Below are positions 52,834 to 64,000 of a stretch of DNA of 64,000 nucleotides, one piece after another. A program made the position numbers and the translations under genes. Source of the stretch: Takakia lepidozioides (taxonomy: Eukaryota > Plantae > Bryophyta); contig CM060733.1 in NCBI GenBank assembly GCA_030704615.1, forward strand, positions 54,064,001 to 54,128,000, given 5' to 3'. Within the stretch, counting starts at the first letter, position 1; each line of letters opens with the position of its first letter. Below the pieces are notes generated by a model. It was not told where the DNA came from. It saw only the letters and a program-made list of their open reading frames with translations, and ran no database searches.

Positions 52834-53584
52834 TCAAGCTCGTGGTGCAAGCTTGGCAACGTTATCTTCAACTTTCTGCAAAACCCCACTGTTCGTCTCC
52901 ACAACTCCCTTCCAAATAACTGACTGATTAAACTCTAAGTATGATACAATAGATCTTATCATTGACGTGCATTATTTGAGCTAAGGGTGTCTACCGTTGC
53001 TACAAATTCTGCGGTCATGTTGTGATACTACACGGAAATCAACAAGTGAGCAATGTAACTTGATCAATCGTATTGCTTCAATCACTGAAACTACCAGATT
53101 TCTTTCACACCCTCTCCCCAAAAAAGCAATGTATGTGACATCTCAGGACTATCAAATTGGTTGAGAACAACGGGTCTCTAACAGCGTTCAGATTTCGTTA
53201 CCTACTAGCTACCTCTCTAGAGCGAAAACAGTAGGTTACTACGAGGAAGAGTGAGTCCAATGCTTGCTACGAAATGTTGACTCCCGGGTTTACGGAAACC
53301 GACACGTAAATAGTCGGAATCTTGCTAAATCAGAGGATCACTGCACCGAATGGGAGGTTCCATCATAGCCGCAATCAGATCATCCGTCAGGGTAGGAACG
53401 GCGGATCTGAAAGCTTTGGCGGTGGCAGGTTTATAGTTTATACGAGGCCTGACGATGGAAGAGTTGTCCCACATACGCATTCGTCAGACCCGTCTTTGCA
53501 GCAATCTCACTGAAAGTTTTTCATCTCGATCTCAGTCTGAAGAAGTCTATCCACGAGAGCCGACTTTTGCTCGAGTAAGGCCAT
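52834..53584 (-). pseudogene. Inverted cyanase paralog (exon 1 and last exon only)
   Basis: ATG 53584 MALLEQKSALVDRLLQ../[26 protein letters not shown]../[28 protein letters not shown] with frameshifts, a tataaac duplication and a stop. Last exon 52875-52834 KVEDNVAKLAPRA*. No exon 2 or 3 in between. Confidence 0.9.
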
Positions 53585-54717
53585 GACTGTCCGCTGTTCT
53601 CTCTGTGCCGCAGCGATATTCCTGCCCTATGTCTTTGCCAAATGCCGCTTCTTTCTCTCACAAACAGATTCGTTTTCTTCCGCCATTGCTCTCAACCAAG
53701 AGCTCTCAATCCCAACATCCAAGCTTCTCACGTCGACGTTTCCGGAGGGCTTGACGAGGAGGGTGATCTGCGTGGCGGCTGGCGTGGGGTGGAGGAGCAT
53801 GCAGGGTGATGCCACGTGTGGAACACAAGTCAGCCACCTCAGCATCCTTCCTTTCTGCTGTCTCCAGTTCACACTGTGTCGTCTACTTACCCACCATTGG
53901 ACGAAGCACAGTCCAGGTGACCTTTTACTCAAATAAGGAACGATGGAAAAATCTAAATTGCTTTGAGTTCTTCTTTTTGTAGAGGAGAGACCGAATGATG
54001 TTATTTGAAGTGCGGGAAAAAAAAACCCTTTAATATCATGAGGCGCATGGGCGAAAACATGAGGCCAATAACACGGCAGTCCAATAGATCCCACACACTG
54101 GACAAGCAAGAGTCAAGGGGAAGAGTTCCACCACAAGGAAGACAATATATATAGAGCAATTTCATTAACGAGGGATTCTTTTGAAGGTCCAAAAAAAAGA
54201 AGATGGAAGGTCATACGACTGGGATGGCGCAGAAAGGGGCGTGGGTAGGGATAATTTGGCTTGTGAGGTGTCAAGTAAAGCCAAAAGAAGGAATGGAGGC
54301 CATGTAGAAGCTAGCATAGAAAGAGGAGGTCCGCTCGTAGTTCTAGAGCTTTTCACAAGGATGAGGCAGTGGCGTGCAGGGTAGATGAGTGTAGTGGTTG
54401 TTGGTTGGTGGGAGGGTGCGGTCCATGCTAGTGCAGACGATTGGGTGATTCTTGAATGCCTGTCTTGCCCGAATGTCTGTATGTAGAGAAGTGGAGTGTT
54501 GGGCAGTGGCTACTAGATTTAAGTGCATTGTCTTCAGAGGAATTTCTTGTAGTTTATAGCAGTTTAGTGTAGAACGTGTCATATGCTTGGCGTTTGTAGA
54601 GGATCCCGTGCTACTCACAATAGCAATTATAATGAAGATATATTGAAGACAACATAATTTGATTATAGCCGGGATAATCCCCACATTTTCCCTACATTCT
54701 AACTCTGACTCTGTCTC

Positions 54718-56032
54718 GCTCTAGCTCTTTTGACGCGAGAGAAACTAGCGCGTGAGCCGCTTACGCTTTGCACACTAAATGTGAGCAGATTCAACTAAGC
54801 GTGAGCAAATTCTAAGCGTGAGAAGCACAGCCTATAACCGAGGGAAAAACAAGGCCTATTACCATGAACGCAAACTCTTGTGTAATGGAAAGTCTGCGGA
54901 AGCTGCAGGGACCAAATACAAACGATGGAAATGCAAACAAGACGGAACTTGGACATTATTGGTAAGAAGTAGTGTGGTGGTAGACATGATGGGCCTAATG
55001 TTGGACTCTTTTGCTTGTGTTCAATTAGCATAATCCATCTTCTTAAAGAGTGTATGTGGGATGAAAATAGGTTGCAAAAATTGAAGTCATTAAGAAAAAA
55101 TAATTGGACCAGATTGAACCACGGACATTGAGACAAATAACATATAGAAACTAGCGGAACATATGAACTGTAATACATGATTCCGTGAGTAGAATTAACC
55201 TCTCCTCCGAGACTCAATCATAACAAGCCAACTTTCGTTGACAAGCTTGATCTCTCTCGGCAAAACCAATCTCGTAGGGTGGGGAGGAGTATCGAGCAGG
55301 CCCAATTGTCAATGTTGCGTTGCACCTTGTCCTACGGTGCAAGGGAGGCAGCATTAATGTCAGTCAAATTCTTGAGAGCAATTGTCAGTCTGCCTTCTCA
55401 TTTCTGTCACCTCCCTCCGCTACAAGAAATCAGAGCAAAAGTTGTGATCGTCGACGATCACGACATCTACCCAAATGCAAAAACAAAAACTCAAAAATCA
55501 GAGTAGGGGCGATGATCGTCATCGCGACATTTACCCAAAATGCCAAATGTAATTTAAGAAGAAAAAAATCAGAAATCAGAGCAATATAGATGATCGTCGA
55601 TCATCACGACATCTCCCAAATGCCAAAAAAATAAAAATAAAAGAAAACCTCAGAAATCAGAGCAGAAGTGATCGTCAATCATCACCCAAATACGAAAATA
55701 AAATAAAATAAAATAAAAAATAAACAAACTAAAAAATCAGAGCAGAAGTGATGATTTGTGGGGAGAATCGTCCCATTTTGTGGACTTGTTGTGTTCACAA
55801 AAATAACCTTTGTGGTGAAGAGACACCATAAGTTACGATTTCTTCAGGGGTTATTATTATTATTATTTTAAATACTACTGCCCGCATTTTGACATCTCCT
55901 ACCCGCGATAATAGGCCTTATGTACCTTTGTTGTCTACAATTATAGGCCCCGTGCGGTCCACGTCACTCTGAAATGTGAGCAGAATTTCTGCTCACGGAA
56001 TTTTTCGCTCACGTGAGAGGTTCACAAACTAG
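54718..56032. mobile_element. Probable non-autonomous DNA transposon relic with subterminal (C/T)GTGAGC motifs
   Basis: Clustered gtgagc motifs at 54750-54825, inverse gctcac motifs at 55975-56015, and a hairpin gtgagcagaa-t-ttctgctcac at 55976-55996. No clear TIR or TSD. Confidence 0.4.
55427..55753 (+). repeat. Five-unit tandem array (period 68-81 bp) with palindromic core and A-rich variable linkers
   Basis: aaatcagag starts at 55427, 55495, 55573, 55654 and 55734. The core gtgatcgtcgacgatcac is a perfect palindrome in unit 1 and is followed by gacatct.cccaaatgc. Confidence 0.85.
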
Positions 56033-56081
56033 CATTCCCCCTTTGGCCCCTTTGGTGTGGCTGTCGCATGTTGTTTTCTGT

Positions 56082-58180
56082 TTATGCATTGGGAGGTCCT
56101 CTTGACAGTTTACAGTTTTTCTGAGGACTTGCTGTTAGCAAGCCCGCTAATGGTAGTTTTGTAAGTCCAAAGATACTAGGTCCGGCACCATTGAAAGTTG
56201 GGGGATGCACCTCCCCGTTGGTGAGGATCTCTAGTAGATGATACTCGAAGTGCGATGGGACATATACCGGGGTCGCAGAGGCTTTGGTCAAGTTTGCAAT
56301 GACTGTGATTTGACTGTCATTCAGAGGGAGCACAACCCCCATGTATTCTGGCAACTTGGAAAGCATGCGCTTGGAAGCTGCTCAGGTTTTACGCCATGTG
56401 GTCAAAGATGGATATCCTGAGTTTGAACATGTTGACTGTGTTCTCATGGGAGAATGCTTAGGTAAAGTGATGCTCAAGGTTGATCATGTCGTTCTTGGTC
56501 GTGATGTGGTCAGCAACAAACATTTAAATCGACCACCAGAGTAATCATTTCTTCCTTCGCTGCCAGGAATTCAGCTCGGGTGATCACTTCTTTTGTTGGC
56601 ACACCAGCTGCTTGAATAGTAACGGACTCAACCATCTGTGCTAATGTCTGGTTAATGTTGTCAGCTCCGAGTCTTTTGAGAATTGCAGGTGCAACTAGTA
56701 CAATTCCATTGATGCTATGCGCGTGTACTATTCGATGTACTAATTATTATGTTGTAAGATGTACATCTTTTGTATAATCTCGCAAAGACTGTTGGGTTGA
56801 CGCAAATAAGGTAGACTATCCCTTTATGTCGGATGGTTTTTGTCTTTGAGGTGTAACAGAAGTAGATTTGTGCTACATTGCTCTTGCCTAACAAGCTTTT
56901 GAGGGCCTCCACTTTTCTGGTTGCGTTCTAACGTAACGGTGTTGAGATTTTTGATGATCACGGTAAGAGCATTATGTTCAAGAATTATTTCCTTGGAGGT
57001 AGCAGGCATGCCCAATGCACTCGCATAAACACTCATCTGACTTAATTCTTGTGTTCTCAATTGTGACATGGAGCGCCGACGAGTGTCCTCTGATATGACA
57101 TATATGAATGTGAATTTGGAGACGACCTTCGGTTTGGCTACATGTTGCAATTCAAACTCATCCCTGCTGAAGTATGTTTCCACAACAAAGTAAGTTCTCA
57201 GCATATATCCGAGGTGGCCTTGTAGTGCCTCGCTGGTCATATGCAGAGAAAAGTAGTCATATGTGGCTGCTATGTCGAAGCTCTTTTCAACCAGATCAAT
57301 GACCAGTTCTCCCGACGAGAGTTCCAGTGTGAAACTCGTTCTCCTCTCAGAAGTGCGAGTCCGTCTCGTTCTGGGTGCTACAACTCAACTTTGAGCACTC
57401 CATTACATGTCTTTGTTTTGGCCTATGTGACGAGTATAGATGAGGAGAGCTTGGAGCCCAGACGGACATTCATGTCTGCAAACCTCCTCCTTGCTTTCTC
57501 CAAGACCACCAGGCGGTCCATTGTTGTGTTGTTGATCATTATATGGTAAGACTCCACTACTAGTCATGTATGCGGATTGACCTTAGTACCTTTGGGGAGT
57601 TGGATCAAATGGTAGAATTGTCATGTTCTGCCGTCGCAACGTTGAGCTGGGTATAACCATTGCGGCACTCTATGAAAGACACACCGACAGACAATCATCT
57701 CTCTACTTTCTTGTTGTGAGACTCCCAATTTCATAAGCTCTTCTGTGATCGCAATTCATGAAGTGGAGGATTACTTGCTGCTACTGCTCGCTCTTCCATT
57801 GTCCGGCTCCCTAGCCAGATATGAGATATGTTTGTATGTGTTGTAACAGGGCCTTTGGGTGACGTGCTGTTATCGTTATGTTCCTTGAGGTGTGCTGGCA
57901 GAGGAGTGTAAATAGCATCAATTGCACCACATATATCTTTTTTGATGAGGCTATTTAGGAAGTCTTGTAGAGTGGAATCAAAATGTTTTGTTGTTTTACC
58001 CACTCGTTTTATATATTAGTTAATTGTGTTCACTCAACTTTATTCTATAGAGGAAACTACGCATCACTGTTAGAAATCGGTAAGCCCTTATTGTGCCTTC
58101 CCTAGGTGTCACCTCATCTCCATTGTTGAAAATTACTTGGTGAAGTGGCTCCAAGTAACACCTCCTTCAGGTAACATCTA
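56082..58180 (-). other. Candidate endogenous viral element: decayed C-terminal part of a negative-strand RNA virus L protein (capping/PRNTase domain and downstream region)
   Basis: Intronless ~650-700-codon frame recoverable across several stops and frameshifts, with IDAIYTPLP, KGP...WLGSRTMEE, NPPLHELRSQKSL*NW and VGVSF/HRVP in the order of PRNTase motifs A, B (Y/W-x-GSxT), C (W) and D (HR). Confidence 0.5.
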
Positions 58181-58982
58181 TCTGATTGAACAATTTATGA
58201 AAAATAAATAGATGAAATTTCAAGTTTATTATGGATGAAAGTAGATTTCGCTTTTCACAAAGAGGAGCCATACGCGACTAGCCGCTTGTTTTATTTATCG
58301 TACCACCGGTTCTGGGTATTGATAATCATTCTAGATTGATACCATCTTACAAAATTGATACGTGTAAAACATTGTGGACATCATTTCGCAGTACTATGTA
58401 CAAAGTAGAAATTTCATGTCATATTCTTAACAATTATTTTAAGATAAATTTTATTTTATTTATGTGACAGTGTGATTATATTATACCACACATCTCGAAG
58501 ATTTTAATTTATAAACACATATATATTTAATTAAATAATACAATTTTATCTACAATTAAGTTGGATATCTATCAAATATTTTCGAAATAGTTTGAAATTA
58601 CGATGATTATCATCATCTTTTTCAAGAAAACGATAAATCACATCATAATTAAAAATTACTGGATCTCTATTTAGGAATTAATCCATTGGTTTGGGTTACC
58701 TGCCAATTCTGGGTAACAGCCATTTTTTATGTTTATGATACCTGCCAGTTCCAGATGTCGGTTCCAAAAATTGGTGATCTGCAATACCTATTTACTTAAA
58801 GGGTCCCGGGTTCGTTGAATTGAATAGCAATTGAAATATTTGAATATGAGTATATAGTATATCAGATTACAAATAAAATATTTAGTACAATAAAGTAATC
58901 CTGGTTAGTCTTTCATTATAGTGTAGTCTCCATACTAATATTATTTCGCTTTGGTCGTGGGTTTGATTAAACTTGGAAATAC

Positions 58983-61133
58983 CACTGTTGGGCGGGTATA
59001 TCTTTTACCCAGATATATATCCAGATGTATAACCAGATGTGTAAGATTTTGGGACCCGCATGTACCTAGGGTATGTTGGACTATGACCATTCAAATAACG
59101 ATGGTGAAAAATCTAACGGTGAATTTTGGTCATTTTTACCTCAGGTAAATTTCATAAGGTGTCCCACATATGGGGCAACGTACAAACTTGGAACTATTTG
59201 ATTTCATGAATCCTACACAAAGTTGTAGGGTTTCAAAGTCGAACCAATCAGAATGCTTGTATACACCAAGGCCCTATGACCAATCACACTTTTTGGGGGG
59301 TTATATGTTTGCCAAGTGACAAAAATGGAGAGTCTTGGGGCCAGCACTGCATGGTCATAGGTACTGACAGAAGCGTTGAAGCGTTAATGGGGTTTTCGGT
59401 CGTAGACGCCTGTTCGGTCATAGGCCAACTTACCCTATACCCTTACGTTATGGTATATTTTTACTATATACCCTACACTTATACTTACCCTGCATCAATG
59501 GGTTTTAATACACCCTATTTAATGCAGGGTACATGTTGGGTTGAAGGGTGAGTAGCAATCAGGGTATAGTAAGTACGCTTGACATCATTATTTTAATGTC
59601 TTGAATACAATCTAATTATTATCATAATTATAATATAGTGGTATGTGTAATGATTAGATTAAAATATATTTTCTTGGTATATTTAATAATTTAATATTCA
59701 ATTGAACTATATTCTGCTTCTATTCAGAAATTTTGACATTGTTGTCTATTTACTTATAACTAGGAAATAAATCATAATGATCCGGGACGGTAATTGAAAT
59801 AAAAGAAAATCTACCAGGATTTAATTTCAAAGAGGCTCGGAGGGTAAGTGAAAACCCATGTACCCAACAACACTAGAATTTACATCAAACCCCATGAGTT
59901 TAGTGGTGACCACACCATCATCTCTCCCGCAGCTCACACATACCTTGTCAACCACCATCTGATTAGACTGCAGCCAAAAAGTTTTTCGGTCATATCTGCA
60001 TATTTTGTGAGAAATATCAAAATTACATCCTCGTGAAGCAAGCTTTCCAATACTGATGTTGAACCGTGGCGATCCCTTATAGCTAGTAAACTGGCCAATG
60101 GATCCATGGAAATTGAAGGGAAAAGACACACACATTGAGCGGTTTCGCAACACGGTTCACATCTCTTTCCACATTCTGTGCTGCTGATGTGTCTATGGTC
60201 ATTCTCTAGTTGGAAGTGTGCTTGCATGTCAAATTGGCCTCATAACATTCTCCATGCACGTACCAGGAAGGGCACGGAGGGCCCTTTTTTGGACCTGACT
60301 TCAAAACAAGCAAAGGGGACAGGACTCGTCCCCATCACGTAATTGTTATGCATCGATGGCATCATGGAGGTTTTGCATGATGTGGACGGAGCCCACGTCC
60401 ATGCAGAAATGAATAACCATATATAGATGTTATAAAAGAAAACAACGGACCTCACAAGTATATATATTGGGGAAAGGGGAGGAAGTCCTTGAGAGCTTTA
60501 TTGATGTTTATTGGGAAAATATATATATTTTTAATCACAATAGAAGTGTGAGCTGTTGCTCCCAGTTATTTCCCTTTAAAAACAAAAGTGGATATGAATG
60601 CATGCATTATATTATCAGTATATATATATATATATATATATATGGGACAGAGGCCCTTAAATTGAAGTGAAAAGAGGCAAGGAAAAAATAACATTGTGGA
60701 ATACGCATCGAGACAAACAACCGAGACGCCAGCCCCTAACCAAGAGAAGTGAAGTAGCAATTATGAACTTGAGGACATATGGGGGAGAGAAGATTATATG
60801 GGGAAAAAAATTACTAGATTTTGCTAGATAGGTGAGATTCCCTAAAAGTACCTCCACGCTAAATGTCACCTCAAATGCTACCGCCGTTGCCAACCACTGT
60901 CGAATGCTACCGCTGATCTTCTATACCCTGATTAGGTACTGCCGTCGAATGCTACCGCCGTGGCTATGTTATCTTATGTACCCTGATTAGATATACCCTT
61001 CATTTTAACATATAAAATATAAGGATAAGGGTATATCATAAAAATATACCCTAATATAAGGGTATACATCCAAGTACCTAAACGTGCGTCACCAGGGTAT
61101 ATATATGTATATCAATATACCCGCCCAACACCC
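58983..61133. mobile_element. hAT-like non-autonomous element
   Basis: TIR-like ends tgttgggcgggtatat and atatacccgcccaaca, many subterminal ataccc/gggtat motifs, and a possible degenerate 8-bp TSD (ggaaatac / agaaatag). Confidence 0.6.
59079..59300 (-). repeat. ~225-bp dispersed repeat (MITE-like), copy 2, nested in the hAT-like element
   Basis: Inverted homolog of 49491-49716. Confidence 0.8.
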
Positions 61134-61399
61134 AGAGAAATAGGGCAGACGAGAAGGACCATACAGAGATCAAAAGCAGGATAAAAGCTAATAGCTACCA
61201 CTTTTTACGAGTGGAAGGTGACTCAATTATATTAAGACATAAGCAAATAAATAAATAAATATAAGGGACAGATGCCCTTAATTTGAATTAAAAAGAAGCA
61301 AGGAAAAAGCAATACCAACTTGAGAACATCTAACGTGGCATAAGAGAATGACCAGATAGAAATCGAAAAATAAAAAATAAAAAATCGAAAGCAGGACAA

Positions 61400-64000
61400 A
61401 GCTAATAGCTACCCATATTTACGTGTGGAAGCCGACTTGAATAGATGGGCGTTAGATTTTCCTGTTCTAAGACTCCACGCAATGGCACGCAATGGCTCCA
61501 TTGACCTCCCCATCCTTTCCATCAGTAGGCAAAAATCTGGCACTATGCGAGCTCCGTCGTGCCAGGTAATACATGATTTGGAGTTCTTGAAAACATGATA
61601 TCTCATTTCCTCATGAACGGTCAAAGCCAGCCGAAAGCTTCAATATCGGAATTGAATCTCCCTATGATTGATTGAAGAGATACCATAATTTATGCTCCTT
61701 TTGGGAGGCTTTCTTTATTTCTTTGCAAATAAATGAACAATGTCCTGCAGGTTTTTGATAAGCTGTTCATGTGCGGCCAACTGTTCCTCCAACGGACAAC
61801 GTACCTTGCCCCCCTCCACCTCAGACGTTGAAGGCCCAGCTGCGGAGACCTGTTGCGACGTATAATCTGGAGGTTGGTCTGCATTTCCTCCTTATTCTAC
61901 ATCGTCGTTTCCATCCGCCTTTTCTCCTTCTTCCACCTCGTCGTTTCCATCGAACCGTATGATGTCCTGCCCCGTCTGGGATATCAGAGAACATGTATAG
62001 TCTAGTACGCTGTCTCGTAGTGGCAGTTTGTCAATCCACTGGTCGCAATAAAATCAACTCTGTGTATAACATGGCCGCAAATAAATACGGGACCTTGTTG
62101 TTGACGAGCGGTACTTGACCCCACAATGTTGTATGTACCTCCTCTGCCCTGTGGCGGAAATGCGGGTTGGCGCAGGAATGCAAGTTAGCTTGATTTTGTT
62201 TGGTTTGTGGATCATGCATATCTCTGGGCCACAAACGATTTATGTGACATCAGTACACAATTTCCTGCAGTCACCAAGCGACCACCGCTGCCCCAACTTC
62301 CAAACTTCCCAACCTGGTTCTGCAAGAATGTTGGGGTCATTATATATGTCCCAACGAAGTTTGCGCCTGACCCTTTTTGGTTTTTTTTTGGGAGGTCCAG
62401 GTTCATTATCGTCATCCCTGGGATGACCTCCTCTGTCTTCCTCCTCCGCCATTTATGGCTTTGTACCCTTACTCGATAGGTGTTTGTTAAGAAAAATGCT
62501 CTCCCAACCCTCCTAAATCGTACCTAATCCTACTCCTTAATGAATCCTCCCCAAGTACTAGAGACACGTGTCACTCCCTCGGCAGTTCTAAGTGATATGA
62601 CGTAATGTGCAATGAAAAAAACGTGGGTGTTAGAGGAGGGCTTCCCAGGAGGTACTCAGCATCGATTTCGTAGAATCCAACGGCCCAGAATACCCCCACC
62701 CAACCAATAGCACCCCTCTCCACTTGGACTCAATGACAATGAATGCAACATCCTATCGTCCACCAAGTCCTGGTGTGGAGAAAAGTGAGGGAGAGAATGG
62801 CCTCCAAGGCCTTATAAGCCCCCCCTCCACACTCGGGGTGTGCGCTGTCATCATGACTGTGCACGCTAGTAATAGCTGCGACCGTCAGCAGGGGTGGTCG
62901 CAGATTTTTTTTTTAAATTAGCAGGGAGGTGGTCGCATAATTTTGTTTTTTTTAATAGGCGCGACCACCAGCAGAGGGGTGGTCGCAGAAATTTTGTTTA
63001 TATATACTTCTGTGACTGTCCGCGGGGGTTTCACAAACAACCATGCCATTTTATGGCGAACCACCACGAAGACCCTCGATTCCCGGTGATGAGTCGCGGT
63101 GAGTCTTGGCCCACCTACCACGGCCCCATTGGACCGTGGTGAGTCCCAAGACTCCCCACGACTCCCACCACAAGGTCTCCGCCCCATGGTGAGTCCTATG
63201 CCACCCCCACTAAGTCCCACTAAGCTACCTCCACCCCTTGTGGAGCCACCCCCACCGCAACCCGGTGTGTGGGGCTTCACCTAGTGAGCGCCTCCGCCTC
63301 CTTGAGTGCCTTGGGCACTCAAGGGTGCTTCAGCCCCCCGTACCTATTGCTGCCACTGCCCCCACCATAGCGGCAGCCCCTCCTGCGTCCCGACCCCCTT
63401 GCCCTCAAGGCAAAGGGCCGCGACACACACCCCTACCAACATGGAGTCGATGTCCTCATTGACTTGTCCATTTTGTAGAAACGAACATCCAAGTTGTGGC
63501 GTCCCACATCAAGGAGTTTGTTTCCGTACTATGGTGTCCCATGACAAAGAACCAAACCCCACACTTGACTCTATTCTCCACTAGCTAGTTCGGCCGACTT
63601 CCAAGTCTCGGCCAATGGTGGAGCCTCTCAAGCTCCTCCCAGTGCACTCTTCTTGGTCTACTTCAAGGCCAAGGAACGATCCTCCCCGAGGATCGAATCG
63701 CCTTACTGCAACAACATTGCCTGCGATCGCTCATGATGCCGCTTTTGGCATCACATTGAGCAAGGGTTCACCTTGAACCCTTTTTGACTAGGAAGATAAC
63801 CTTGGACTAACCATGCGCCCCAATCACTACAATTGGGTCCGCCTTGGAATGTTGGCCTGAGGTACGGGAACACGCCGAAACCGCACTACAACTTCGTCCC
63901 GAGGCTATACGATTATAGTACGTGAACGGAAGCACATAGCTTCGTCCCGCATATGGAGGTACGAACTTCGGACTCACTTCCGGAGGTAGTAAGAAATTTC
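61400..64000. mobile_element. Unclassified transposon-like relic with a broken minus-strand ORF (62452 downward) and short repeated motifs
   Basis: MAEEEDRGGHPRDDDNEPGPPKKKPKRVRRK (NLS-like) frame broken by stops, ggtggtcgca repeated 3 times at ~62890-62990, and gtgagtc and cttcgtcccg repeats. The family was not recognised. Confidence 0.35.

Noticed and set aside
55427-55753. CRISPR array
   Set aside because: Eukaryotic context, no cas genes, degenerate repeats, and linkers are low-complexity A-rich variants of each other rather than unique spacers.

Overview
Nuclear DNA from an intron-containing land plant, most likely a non-seed plant such as a moss or other bryophyte (inferred from PLS-PPR style, a clade II bHLH and a cilium-type gene). 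Intact host genes reconstructed with splice sites: the last exon of a receptor-like kinase, a clade II bHLH-ACT transcription factor, an intronless IQCE-like coiled-coil protein, a FAM133-like K/S/E-rich protein, a SWEET transporter, a GT14/BC10-type glycosyltransferase and cyanase. Between them lie many relics: tRNA-derived SINEs, a 5.5-kb PIF/Harbinger-type TIR shell (TAA target duplication) filled with Gypsy and Penelope-like fragments, a decayed amino-methyltransferase-like gene, PPR pseudogenes, an inverted cyanase pseudogene and a hAT-like element. The most notable signal is a ~2.1-kb decayed minus-strand reading frame (56.1-58.2 kb) carrying the capping (PRNTase) motifs of a negative-strand RNA virus L protein, a candidate endogenous viral element. 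All family assignments come from motif recognition by eye; no database searches were run.
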